Shown: piece after piece, positions 51,791-64,000 of the stretch
Layout of the letters: every line of letters starts with the position of its first letter
How positions within the stretch are numbered: the stretch's first letter is position 1
Source: Chiloscyllium plagiosum
Taxonomy: Eukaryota
Assembly (NCBI RefSeq): GCF_004010195.1
Contig: NC_057718.1
Location: 34,871,376 to 34,935,375 of the forward strand
Reading direction: 5' to 3'
Length of the DNA stretch: 64,000 nucleotides
Made by a program: the position numbers and the translations under genes
Notes under the pieces: model-generated
Databases searched by the model: none
What the model was told of the DNA's origin: nothing
What the model saw: the letters and a program-made list of their open reading frames with translations, nothing else

Positions 51791-52593
51791 CTGAAATTAG
51801 GGTCATTTTTGCCTTCAATTATCTCTCCACTCAAGAAAGCAGTGATGTGGTGAGATAGCATTTGCAAATTAGCAGCCTTCTTTGTGACCTTGGCTCATCT
51901 CTTCACCTCCCACCCCTCCGAAAACCTGACACATGTAAACCCAGTACAATTTTCCCACAGCACTGGAATAAAACGTTTACAGTTGTGGTAGATAACATAA
52001 AAAGGCAAATTTCACAACACCCGAGCATACTGTATTTCCAAGGTTTCAAACTTCAGAAGTTATTGATGTGTATATTTTTCTGTCTCTTTCCCCAATCACT
52101 CCTTCAGCTCCCTCCCAATTGACTTGTGCTGTCTTCCCATTGTTGTCCACCTCTATTCATTTTTTTTCTCTCTGCTCTTTCTTTGTTGGTGCAAGGAATT
52201 CATGAATTTAAAAGATGCTTGTATGAGACATTGTTAAGCAGGATAAACAAACTAATCATTATTTAAATATACCTCAATTATCATGTGTTAAATGCATGGA
52301 GCGTAATTTTAGTTAATGTGGAAAACGATATTCTAACTGCAATTAGTTTGGTCCACCCCTAATAATTAGTTTAAGCAATATTTTAATTATCACTTGTTAA
52401 AGGTAATTAGGTAGAATTTTCAAACCAAGAGCAGTGCTGCTGATTTTGTAATCAGACCACTACAAGGGGCAATCATTTGGTTTCACAGCTGTAAATCAAA
52501 TGAAGTTGGCTACAATTGCTCATGGTTGTAATGTGACTTCATATTAAATGTAGATCTTTTAAATGTATAACAAATGTTATAGAGTCATACATC

Positions 52594-52752
52594 TCTCCAC
52601 TCTGCAGGCACTCTACCTCTATTCCTGATGAAGGGCTTTTGCCCGAAACGTCCATTTTCCTGCTCCTTGGTTGCTGCCTGACCTGCTGTGCTTTTCCAAC
52701 ATCACTCTATTCTAGACTCTGGTTTCCAGCATCTGCAGTCCTTGTTTTTACC
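52594..52752 (+). mobile_element. Short PLE derivative (family A) inserted in a CR1 tail, 9-bp TSD
   Basis: TSD tcatacatc at 52585-52593 and 52753-52761. Confidence 0.85.
52621..52656 (+). ncRNA. Minimal hammerhead motif, canonical CUGAUGA core
   Basis: attc-CTGATGA-a-GGGC tttt GCCC-GAAA-cg-TC-catt. The first stem I pair is mutated. Confidence 0.72.
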
Positions 52753-52761
52753 TCATACATC

Positions 52762-53027
52762 AGAGAAGAGGCCTTTCGTCTCATCAAGTCTGTGCTGATC
52801 TATCTATCTGCAGTCATCCCATTTTTCAGCACTTGGCCCTTGAATGTTATTTCATTTCAACTATTCCACCACATAATTTTAAAAAGTTGTCGGGTTTCCC
52901 AACCCTACTGCCCTCCCAGGCAGTGCATTCCAGATTCCCACTGTCCTCTGGGTGAAAACGGTTTTCCTCAAATCCCCTCTAAATGTCTTGCCCTTCACCT
53001 GAAAACCATGCCTTCTCATTATTGACC
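52762..53027 (-). mobile_element. CR1 3' fragment
   Basis: caggcagtgcattccagattcccactgtcctctgggtgaaaa...cctcaaatcccctctaaa, the same family as 46090-46400. Confidence 0.75.
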
Positions 53028-54145
53028 CTTCTCTTTACAGGTCATGCTACAGTCTCAATTAGCTATTGTATTTATTGTTACCTTGGATCAACTTTAGGTC
53101 ATTTATTTAGGCATTTGGATTTGTTACTTCCAAGGAAGTCTGTGTGAAAGCTCTGGGCATTTTTTAAACAAACTGTTTAGGGTTCAAAACAAACCGCAAG
53201 CCAACATGTACCCCTGTTGGAACACCACAAAATTGTATTCTCATGCCTCTGCTGGGACCTTCAACTGTCTATTTTCATCACTGTATCATTGCCCAACTTC
53301 CAATGTTTTAAGTGACCTACTTACTGCTAAAACCCTGATCCCTGCTTGTTTACCAATCTGTCCCCAGCCTCACTTCCCTCTATCTCAAACTCCTCCAGGT
53401 CCACAGCCCTCCAATATATCTGTATTTCTTTAACTTGGTCATTTGAGCATCAGTGATTTTAATTGTTCCAACATTGATGGTCTTGCTTTCAGAGGCAAAG
53501 AACATAAAGTCCAGAATTCATTCCTTAAACTTCTCAATGTCTCATTCATCCTTTGGAACCTTAAACCCTACTTCTTTGACTTGGTTTTGTCAGACCTAAA
53601 ACCAGCTTTTTTGCCTCAGTATGACACTCCTGTAAACATTCTTTATATGTCATTGATTGAGGATTGAAAATAAAATGTTATTGTTTCAGTTTAGGTTGTG
53701 TAAGTAGCAAGCATCTGAACCAAGAGACCAAGAAAATTTGAGATGTGGTCTATAAATTGAATTTAGTGATTTGGCTGGTAACGGAGTTATAATTGACAGC
53801 AATGCCTTTGAGTTAAGGTGGAGAAGATTAATTCAGGATATCCACACCCTTGGTTGAAAACAAGTTCAGGCATTTGTTTAGGAAGTGGCTGAATTCAATT
53901 TCCCTTGCAGTTGAACAGGGTCTTCATAATGTTATGGCTTATGAGATGAATTATGATCATTGGGCAAGTTACAAAAATAAAACTTGTAACTTGAAAATAA
54001 ATAACTTTAGATTGGAAAGGGGCTAATGCCTTCAAGAGAAAAAGGGGAAATATTGAATAAGGAGTAATGTATAAACGTTTGAATACAATGCATAAGTTCG
54101 ATAATTGGGTTCTGTGAAACCTTCACAGACAATGATGCTCAGAAT

Positions 54146-56016
54146 TAGTCATTGAGCCATAGAGATGTACAGCATGGAAACAGACCCTTCGGTCCAACCC
54201 ATCCATGCCAACCAGATATCCCAAACCAATCTAGTCCCATCTGCCAGCACCCGGTCCATATCCCTCCAAACCCTTCCTATTCATATACCCATCCAAATGC
54301 CTTTTAAGTGTTGCAATTGTACCAGCCTCCACCACTTCCTCTGGCAGCTCATTCCATACACGTACCACGCTCTGTGTGAAAATGTTGTCCCTTAGGTCTC
54401 TTTTATATCATTCCCCTCTCACCCTAAACCTATACCCTCTAGTTCTAGACTTCCCAATGCCAGGGAAAAGGCTTTGTCTATTTATCCTATCCATGCCCCT
54501 CATGATTTTGTAAACCTCTATAAGGTCACCCCTCAACCTCCGACGCTCCAAGGAAAACAACCCCAGCCTATTCAGCCTCTCCCTGTAGTTCAAATCCTCC
54601 AACCCTGGCAACATCTTTTCTGAACCCTTTCAAGTTTTACAACATTTTTCCAATAGGAAGGAGACCAGAATTGCACATAATATTTCAACAGTGGATGAAC
54701 CAATGTCCTGTACAGCCGCAACATGGCCTCCCAACTCCTGTACTCAATACTCTGAACAATAAAAGAAAGCATTCTAAATGCCTTCTTCATTATCCTAGCT
54801 ACCTGCGACTCCACTTTCAAGGAGCTATGAACCTGCACTCCAAGGTCTCTTTGTTCAGCAACACTCCCGAGGACTTTACCATTAAGTGTATAAGTCCTGC
54901 TAAGATTTGCTTTCCAAAATGCAGCACCTCGCATTTATCAGAATTAAACTCCATCTGCCACTTCTCAGCCCATTAGCCCATCTGATCAAGATTCTGTTGT
55001 AATCTGAGGTAACCTTCTTCGCTGTCCACTACACCTCCAATTTTGGTGTTTTCTGCAAACTTACTAATTTGTGCCTCTTATGCTCACATCCACATCATTT
55101 ATGTAAATGACAAAAAGTAAAGGACCAAGCTCCGATCCTTGTGGCACTCCACTGGTCACAGGTCTCCAGTCTGAAAAACAATCCTCCACCACAACCCTCT
55201 GTCTTCTACCTTTGAGCCAGTTCTGTATCCAAATGGCTAGTTCTCCCTATATTCCATGAGATCTAACCTTGCTAACCAGTCTCCCATGTGGATCCTTGTC
55301 GAACGCCTTACTGAAGTCCATATAGATCACATCTGCCGCTCTGCCCTCATCAATCCTCTTTGTTACTTCTTCAAAAAACTCAATCAAGTTTGTGAGACAT
55401 GATTTCCCACAAACCCATGTTGACCATCCCTGATCAGTCCTTACTTTTCCAAATACATGTACATCCTGTCCTTTAGGATTCCCTCCAACAACTCGCCCAC
55501 CACCGACGTCAGGCTCACTGGTCAATAGTTCCCTGGCTTTCCTTACCACCCTTCTTAAACAGTGGCACCACGTTAGCCAACCTCCAGTCTTCCGGCACCT
55601 CACCTATGGCTATCAATGGTACAAATATCTCAGCAAGAGGCCCAGCAATCATTTCTCTAGCTTCCCACAGAGTTCTAGGATACACCTGATCAGGTCCTGG
55701 GGATTTATCCACCTTGATGCGTTTCAAGACATCCAGCACTTCCTCCTTTGTAATATGGACATTTTGCAAGATGTCACCATCTATTTCCCTACATTCTATA
55801 TCTTCTATCTCCTTTTCCTCAGTAAATACTAATGCAAAATACTCGTTTAGTATCTCCCCCATTTTCTGCTGCTCCACGCGAAGGCTGCCTTGCTCATGTT
55901 TGAGGAGCCCTATTCTCTTCTTAGTTACCCTTTTGTCCTTAATGTAATTGTAAAAACACTTTGGATTCTCCTTAATTCTATTTGCCAAAGCTATCTCATG
56001 TCCCCTTTTTGCCCTC
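54146..56016 (-). mobile_element. HER1/CR1 LINE (RT and 3' end), pseudogenised
   Basis: KVDKSPGPDQVYPRTL, PEDWRLANVVPLFKKG, SCLTNLIEFFEEVT, YMDFSKAFD, LERRRLRGDLIEVYKI. Confidence 0.95.
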
Positions 56017-56066
56017 CTGAGGGCCTGTACTGCGCTGTATTTTTCTATGTTCTATATTCTATGTAC

Positions 56067-56790
56067 CACTCATTGTATTAGAGCCAGTCTCAATACCAGA
56101 AACTTAGCTGTTCGTGCTATGTTCCCCTGAGAATTTATCACCCCCTACATTTTCCAAAACAGCATACCTGTTTGAAATGGGTATATCCACAGAACACACC
56201 TGCACTAGTTACCTACCTCTCTTACCTTTCCTGGAGTTAACCCATCGATGTGACTTTATCTGAGACTTTCTCCCCTTCCTGTAACTGCCATCCGTCACAT
56301 AGTGTTGCTGTTGCAAACTCCTCATTGCTTCTAACTGTCTCTCCAACCGATCCATTCGATCTGATAAGATTCACAACCAACAGCATTTATTACAGATACA
56401 ATCCGCAGTAACCCCTAAACTCTCATTAAACTTCCACATCTGACTAGAAGCATATATCAATCTACTAAAGGCCATTTTTGCTCCTTCAAAATCTACAGAC
56501 CCAGAAAATAACACCGTCTTATTCCACTAGAAAACACTGCCCCAGGTTAGATTAATAATTACAGCTTATATTTAAAGTTTAATCAAGAGACATTTCTCAA
56601 AAAACATATTATCAAGAAAGAACCCACTCTACTCCTGCAGACTTTCTGTAGGCCACTTAAAACAATTAACTTACCTGATTCTGTGCTGTGAACTTCACCC
56701 AAACCGTTCCTCCAAAATCAGTTGTGAATTTCACTGTTTGTTAATTTTCCCAGACGCACTCCGATTTCCAGCGATACATGAATTCGACTG
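56067..56790 (-). mobile_element. CR1 5' region: 5'UTR plus ORF1 N-terminal remnant
   Basis: Minus frame RMDRLERQLEAMRSLQQ...WVNSRKGKRGR*LVQVCSVDIPISNRYAVLENVG has a coiled-coil-like stretch and the P.SNRY..L motif seen in CR1 ORF1. Confidence 0.7.
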
Positions 56791-58924
56791 ATTCAACACC
56801 AAACTGCAAATGTCCAAGATAAATCCCATGAACTTGTCTCTGCTGACATTCTGGTGAATATGATTGACTAGACTACCCTCATCATTCAGCAGCAGTTTTT
56901 ACTAGATCATAATTTTTGTTAATTAAAATAATTTAAGCACATTGATCAGAAAGTTGCTTCTTTGCATGTTGTGTTCTTTTTAAATGAAGGAACAGGAAAG
57001 GTAATATTTTTAGCTATAACTATTAAAAGTTGAGCTCGTATTGGGTGATAGGGTATGTGTGTCATGAGGATTGATATTATTTTCTCAATAGCTTTATCGT
57101 TATTTTCTGGTTTGAGTGCAAGTTTTGAGGAAGATACCTCCGTAGTAACATTGATGCATTTTCTATTGAGTTAAATGACTCAGGACTCATGCCTGGAGCT
57201 TATCATCCATCACCAGATAAATTGTATGCTTGTTATATCTGGCACTGACTGCCTGGTAGAACCTTGAACACGTTTTACACTATATTCTGGAACATATTGT
57301 GCTGTCAGTGACCATTAATTCTTGCTTCAGATGTATGAATCATCAGTTCTGATTCTAACATTATTTGAAATATTTGTGCTCCAGGCTCCGTAATCAACAG
57401 TTAACACCCATGGAATCTTTTATTTATTCGACCTGCTGTTTCTTTAAACTAACATTATCCCGCAAAATGCTTACAATATATGTGTCACATTGCTGTGAGC
57501 TAAGCAAGAAAATTGAGCAAAACCGTCAAAAATCCTTCATTTGCAATTAAGTCTGACTAAGGTTTATTTGGGTGTGGCCGTCTGAAATCTCAGAAATCAC
57601 ATGATGCCTTGTAACCTTATCTATGGCTGTACCCCAAGGCCTGTTGAAAGATTTCTTTTTACTGAGAGTAGGGTGTGGAAGTAGGTCAGTTGCTCAATCC
57701 TAATAGACCAAAAGAGAGGTGATTTTAACAAACTTCTGACATAAGTGACTTTCTTTTGTGGTTAAATGAGGCTATTGATTCTACTTTATTCAACAGAGCT
57801 AATAGCAGACTGAAAAATTTGAGAAAAGGAAGCATATTATGTAACAAGTCATTTCATTTTTCCCACATGGCATATTTGAAAGAAATTTAATAAAGACCTA
57901 ACAATCATATTCTGGTATTCTTCAACAGCAGTTATGCATACTTCGCTCCCCCGCCCCCAACTCTTACAATGATTGATTGATAGCCAAGTAATTAATTTAT
58001 CTCCAAATTGATTCCTCAACTTTGCAAAAGTGTTGGTTATTTACTTTGCAAAGACTGTATTTCAATAAATATTATTCCCCTGTGTATAGACCACCATGCT
58101 GTCTCATTAACATTTTGAGGAAACTAGCCTAAACAAAAAGGACACTAGCAGAAGTTAAGTAGGAATAGAAACGATGATTTCTAAAGAATACCTTTATTGT
58201 CATGGATTTGCTCACTGGATGCATGTATTAGAAGTTCCTGCATGTGCTGGATTTACTGCTTAACCTGGCAAGGTTCTGCACAAATTTTAAGTTACTCCTT
58301 AAATCGTAAATAGTATTAAGCTATAAGGGAACATCTGTAGCTTTGAATTTACTTTCTTTATCTGTTTAGAAATAATTGAGGGAGAGGGGACATGAACTTC
58401 AGATATGATTCCTTTGCTGCGATGTTGCCCAAGAACAAATGTAAAACTTTTTGACAATCGTTATTCTGGAGGAATATGTTTCAAGGTTTCATTAAATTTG
58501 TTGCAGAAGTAAGCTGAAAATTCTCAGGGCGTGTTGGCACGCAATCCAGAAACCAATTGGAGACTGTCAATTGCAAAGTGCAGAGGAATTGAGCATGGAA
58601 GTACATACCATGCAGCCAAAGTATAAAATCGGGCTGTAATTCCTCTTCAAGATGCTGCAGACAGACATGAGACCCATCAATGGGACACATATTGCTGGAA
58701 ATGGACTGATCCTAGACACCTTGGATCCAATCATCTGCAGCCAACTTAGTATGACTAATGAGGGGGTAACTTATGTTTTAAATTACTTTCACATTTGCGC
58801 TTTTGGCAATAATGCTGCTAAACTTTGGGTGAAATTGTGTCAGTTACGATACTCAACTGTTGGACATTACAGTTCTGTGCTATTTATGTCCATTGATTAT
58901 CTGCAATGAAAAGATATCCATGGA

Positions 58925-59330
58925 CAGGGTACTTGCCTAACCTTTGGACATCCTAAAGTCCCATAGTTAATAAATTTACTTTGAAATGTTGTTCGTTGTT
59001 TTGCAGGCAAGAATAACGTTGACCCAGGATCAGCAATGAGCCAAATAAACAGCTTGGGTTTTTTAAGTGATATTGTTCATGGAATAAATATCAGTCAGAG
59101 CAATAGGAGTACTCCCCCAATCTTCTTCAAATTTTATCCCTGAGGATTTTTGGCAGACAGGACCTTAGTGTAATGTTTCCCCTGAAACGTGACACCTCCA
59201 TCAATTACTCACACCCTCAATGCCACACTGAAGTGTCAGCCCAGATTATGCAGTTGCAAGTCTGGGTGGGGCTTGAACCTGCAACCTTTTACTAATTCAT
59301 AGATGAGTGCATTATTGCTGAGCCAAATCA
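58925..59330 (-). mobile_element. Degenerate Deu-domain SINE
   Basis: cacactgaagtgtcagcccagattatg...aagtctgggtggggcttgaacctgcaacctt is the reverse complement of a tRNA-like head plus Deu domain. Confidence 0.6.
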
Positions 59331-60991
59331 ACACTTGCTTCAGGCATAATGCCAAAACAAACATGAAAGTTTAGAAATCCATTAACAATATTGTGCATTG
59401 TTTTCCCCCCAAGTAAGTTTGCAAGTGTAGACATGTGTTGAATTTGCATGATGGATCTCACCTTCCATCAGATTTGCCTCCCAATAAATGGGTTTGCTCT
59501 CCATTTTGTTTTATGTAAAAATATAAAGTCAGTAGTAGTGATTCCCAACTAGATTACTATTCTGCAGGTTAGCTGGTTGGGAATGGAGACCAGAAAATGA
59601 AGCAGATTTTTAAGTCACACACAAAGGGAGGATGGAACATCAACACTCCTGGGTTTGAATACTGCTGATGTAAGGAACTCATGGATAAGAAAAATTAACT
59701 GACCTCCTTTCTTTCCCATCTCAGCAAACAACAATAATTTGGAAAATAGAAAATATTCAACTCGAAGAAGAAGAAAAATACAACATTTTGGACATGAAGT
59801 CCAAATCTGAACATCCTGGCATTGATCTGAAAAAAAAAATGAAGAAAACCTACAGTCAGAAAGATGTACTCCACTTGTTTACAATTGAAAATTTCTCTGG
59901 AAGGTGCATGTGTACAGCTCCAAGAGAAATATCCAACTTTAATTGTCAAGTTAAACAGTTATTTCCATTGTTTTATCAATGGTTATCATCAGCAGTAGTT
60001 TGGTAATGCCAAACAGAAGACTAGAGGTTCTAAGAATTATAATTTTACAATGAAGGTAAAAGCAAAAGAGTTCATTTAGTCCATGCTAGTAAATCCACAT
60101 TAAATAGAAGAATACATTGCAGAGGTGATTTATTTTAAAGAAATCGCCAATCATATTGCTTCAACATGAAATTTGAGTGACTTCAGAGTCTCTTTAGAGC
60201 AATTGAAAACTGCTGTGAAGGTAGATTCAGGTGTAGTACACTATAATGTCAGGAGAGTAATTGCAGAGCTATGGGGAAACATTGGGGGCAGTGCAACTAA
60301 TTGCAAAGTTCTTTCAAACAGTAACCCCAGGCACAATGCACTTACTGGCCTCCTGCTGTGCTTTTAAGATTCTATGAGTATTAGGGAGTCAAAGTTGAAA
60401 TAATGAGTTGTCATCATCTATAAGAGTGCAAATTGCACAAAAGTAATTCCCCATTATTTTTCTATTGGCTTAAAATCTGTCATTGCTTGTTCTCAAAGAG
60501 ATTCCACTAGATTGGTTCCAGTGATGACACGTTAAGTGCTCTCCAGCAAATGCATTAGTGCATCTTTGGGATTTAAAAAACACGTTATATTGAGTTGGCG
60601 CCTAACCAAGTAGATTATGATAAATAACAAACTGCTGGAACACTAGAAAAACTGGCAATCTGAAATGCACTGCCCTGTAAACCAGTTTGTTAAAGTCAAT
60701 TGCACTACATTGTTCAGCGAATGTTAACACAGTCAGTGTGAGTGGTAGGGTATATTTTTAAAGGCCAATACAGGTGATGGGAAGAAGGATTGCAATTTGA
60801 TTTTTGTATATGCATGTCTTTGGTATTCCAAGTTCTCGTTATTGCTTCCGTCTTAAAGGAGAAGTATTATCTAATGGATTCTTTTTCCAAATGCTGTTGT
60901 TCTTGAGGTCACCACAGCATATATATCATATGGCATAGGAATGTCAGCAGTCACTTCAAGAGGGCTAGGATACAACCGCAGTGATATACTA

Positions 60992-61124
60992 GGAGAAAGT
61001 GAGGACTGCAGGTGCTGGAGATCAGAGTCAAGAGTGGGATGCTGGAAAAGCACAGCAGGAGTTAGGCAGCATCCGAGGAGCAGGAGTATCAACGTTTCAG
61101 GCAAGAACCCTTCCTCAGGAATGA
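60992..61124 (-). mobile_element. Short PLE derivative (family A) ending at an HHR, abutting a CR1
   Basis: HHR on the minus strand at 61087-61122: attc-CTGAGGA-a-GGGT tctt GCCT-GAAA-cg-TT-gata. Confidence 0.85.
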
Positions 61125-61700
61125 GCAGGGATTTACTGCTGAAGCTGTATAAGACTCTTGTCAGACCACATTTGAAATATTGTGAGCAGTTGTGGGTCCT
61201 CTATCTTTAAGGAAGTATGTGCTGATGTTGGAGGAGGTCTAGAGGAGGTTTACAAGAAATGATCCTGGGGATGAATGGCTCGTCATATGAGGAGTGGTTG
61301 AGGCCTCTGTGGAGTACTTGATGAAGTTTAGAAGGATGAGAGGGGCAGAGTGGATCTCATTGAAACTTAAAGAATACTCAGAGGCCTGGATAGAGTGGGT
61401 TTGGAGAAGATCTTTCCACTGGCAAGAGAGACTAGGACCCAAGTGCATAGTCTCATAGTGAATCACAACACTTTATAACTGAGATGAGAAGGCATTTCTT
61501 CAGCCAGAGGATGGTGAATCTATGGAACTTATTGTCACAGAAGGCTGTGGAGGCCAAGTCACTGAGTGTATTTAAGACAGCGATATATAGATTCTTGATT
61601 AGTAAGGGAATCAAGGGTTATGGGGAGAAGGCAGGAGAATGTGGTTGATCCAATGGTGAAGCAGACCTGACTTAATTCTGCTTCTTTATCTTAAGGCTTT
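61125..61700 (+). mobile_element. CR1 LINE 3' fragment (older family)
   Basis: LLLKLYKTLVRPHLKYCEQLW, plus ttcttcagccagaggatggtgaatctatggaa (FFSQRMVNLW). Confidence 0.85.
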
Positions 61701-64000
61701 ATATACCACAGAATTGGCAACATAATCAGAAGAATTTGGATTTCTTGTTGGTGATGTGGTAGGTACTGGTTGATAACTTTATCTGAGATTGCACATTATC
61801 ACAAGTCCCAGGAGAAAACAACTTACACTGCTTTCATTGATTATTCCATATTTTTGGACCTGGTGCCTATGTTCTCCTCACATAATACTGGATAGCCTGG
61901 ATGCCTACATTTTGGATTTTATCCAGGATGTGTAGTGGTTGGCAGCTGGGGACAGCTTTTCAAGTTGCTGATTTGTATTTGTACCAAGAGATCTGAGAAG
62001 GGATAGAATGTATTTTGTTCTTGTCTTTCATCAATGATGGAAACCTTCTGACAGAGATTAAACCAATGGCATATTAAACATTTCCATCTCACTTGCTTCA
62101 TGGCCATGTTCCTCCAGACAGGCAACAGAACAGTTTCCTATTATATTATGTCTCCAAATGTCAAACAATCTGTGAATTAGTTTGTTGCAGAAACGACATG
62201 AGAAATAGATGCTTTTGATCTACCCCAACCTTTCGGTGATGACCTTGGAGAAAGAGCTAGTCATGGCAGTTGTACCTCTTCACTACAACCTCTCACATGA
62301 GCACTTGTGACAATTCAGTTGATGACAATTTAGCATTGGATATCGTTATTGTCAATGTCATGACATAAATTGTTTTGAGTACTCCCCACACTGTAGCTAT
62401 GTACCTATCATATCACTGGCAAAGAAATTGTGATCAAGGATAACAACTCCAAGCAGAAATTATACTTGGCATGTTTTCTTTTATCCAAAGCTCTAAACAA
62501 TTCTGTTTATAGAGCATCTTTCATGACCTCCAAACATCCCAAAGTTCTTTAGAGCCAATTAAATACCTTTGAGGTGCCCTTACTGTTGGATCATAATTGC
62601 AGTACAAACAGTCACCACATAATATTCCCCAATTCGTTACAATTCAGTTGAGATATCTCCAAATGGTTAGAGGGGACAATCTTGTAACTGAGGCACAGTT
62701 AACACCTTAGTGGACTATGACCATATAGGAAGAATGTGTGAACATTAAATAAAAACGTTCAAGTGTAAATCTCTCAGTAAATTGATTTAGAAACTTTTAA
62801 ACATGTGTTTACTTGCATTAAACACTTGACAGGCCAAACACTTGATCTGTTTCAAGCCTTTTGTTGATGCTATATAGCATCACGTGCCACTGAAGAACAG
62901 TTGAACAATAAGAATCTTTCTGATTTATACTCCTTACTATCCATTTTCATCTATACATGTTGCTTGAATTAGTGTCATGGAGGTCAGCAGATTATTTGCA
63001 TGCCCTTATATAACATTACGTATTGCAGACCCAATAGCCAGTATTACAGCATCACTTGTTCCATTAATCTCTGCTGGATATTAATTTTTAAGCAACTAAT
63101 GTGTAATGTAGAGCTCTGGTTTCCTTTCTTACCTATTGCTTCAGCCATTCATGTTCTTCACAAATCTCTAATGTTACTTCTACTGTGCAATGAATTTCTT
63201 TTATTGTGATCCTGTTAATTGTAGACCTCAGAGATTTTCTCTTGGACTAAGTAAGGAGTGTGTACCATTTATGCAGAAAGTAATTCGTACATTTTTAACT
63301 TATATTTTGGTGAAGGTAAAGACAAGCAAAATAATACTGTAGTGTTGTAAATGAATGTTAATTATTTTTGTTTGTGGAGAAATGTTGGAAACAATATTTG
63401 AGTGGGAGACATTTCAAGCTAGAACAATTCATTCTTAAGTGGATCTTAAATCTCAGTAACACTCGTAAGCAGAAGGAGCAGCTAAGTACTGTTATTTATT
63501 TGGGTTTTTCCTACCAAATGACAAACTAAATTACTGGAATTGTGAGTAATAAAGCACAGCAAAACTGGATTTTCTGCATCTCACATGTTAAGGCAGTTTT
63601 AAGATGCAGAGATAACTTTTAATGTTCAAAATATCAATTATATTCAGAAATACAGATGTTTACAATGAAGGCCATTCAGTTCCTCAGTACTGACTCTTTT
63701 GAAAAATTTAATTCCATGGCCATGTTCATTCCTCAAAGCCCTGCATCTTTCTCAGATGTTTATCCAACTTTCCCTTAAAGAATATACGAAGGTCTCAACT
63801 ATTCACTAGAGAACCAACAGCGCTTTCTGTATAGCAATGTCTCCTAATGTTTTTATTTATATACTTGGTGATAATTTCGTAAATTGATGATCCCTTGCTA
63901 CTGATTTGCCAACCACAGAAAGCTAGTCATAAAATTATCTGTTCACTCACCAAAAATATTTCATAACTTCAAAATACTTATTAAATCTTCTCTTGTTCTT

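Noticed and set aside
58481..58909. ORFs in a unique, moderately GC segment
   Set aside because: The plus-strand frames I read are interrupted by stops, and neither listed ORF has recognisable homology.

Overview
This window looks like repeat-rich, AT-rich non-coding DNA from a cartilaginous fish, probably a shark. That is an inference from HE1-type SINEs, HER1/CR1-type LINEs and Deu-domain SINEs. I found no convincing host protein-coding exon, so it is probably intergenic or inside a large intron. The ORF track is almost entirely fragments of decayed CR1, RTE and Penelope retroelements or chance ORFs. The main signal is at least 13 minimal type-I hammerhead ribozyme (HHR) motifs in the terminal repeats of three Penelope-like element (PLE) families. 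They share the layout stemI-CUGAnGA-A-stemII-GAAA-[CG|GC]-UH-stemI, with a 4-nt palindromic stem III. Copies show compensatory stem changes, and one has a U3/A8 core. Most occur as 90-200 bp non-autonomous insertions, often with 7-16 bp target-site duplications (TSDs). Their 5' ends, or their fold-back turning points, repeatedly fall at the ribozyme. Other structure includes a 162-bp head-to-head SINE palindrome, a 70-bp hairpin inside a PLE, a 67-bp templated inverted duplication and a higher-order minisatellite. Repeat family names come from my recognition of the sequences, not from a database search, and boundaries of old repeats are approximate.
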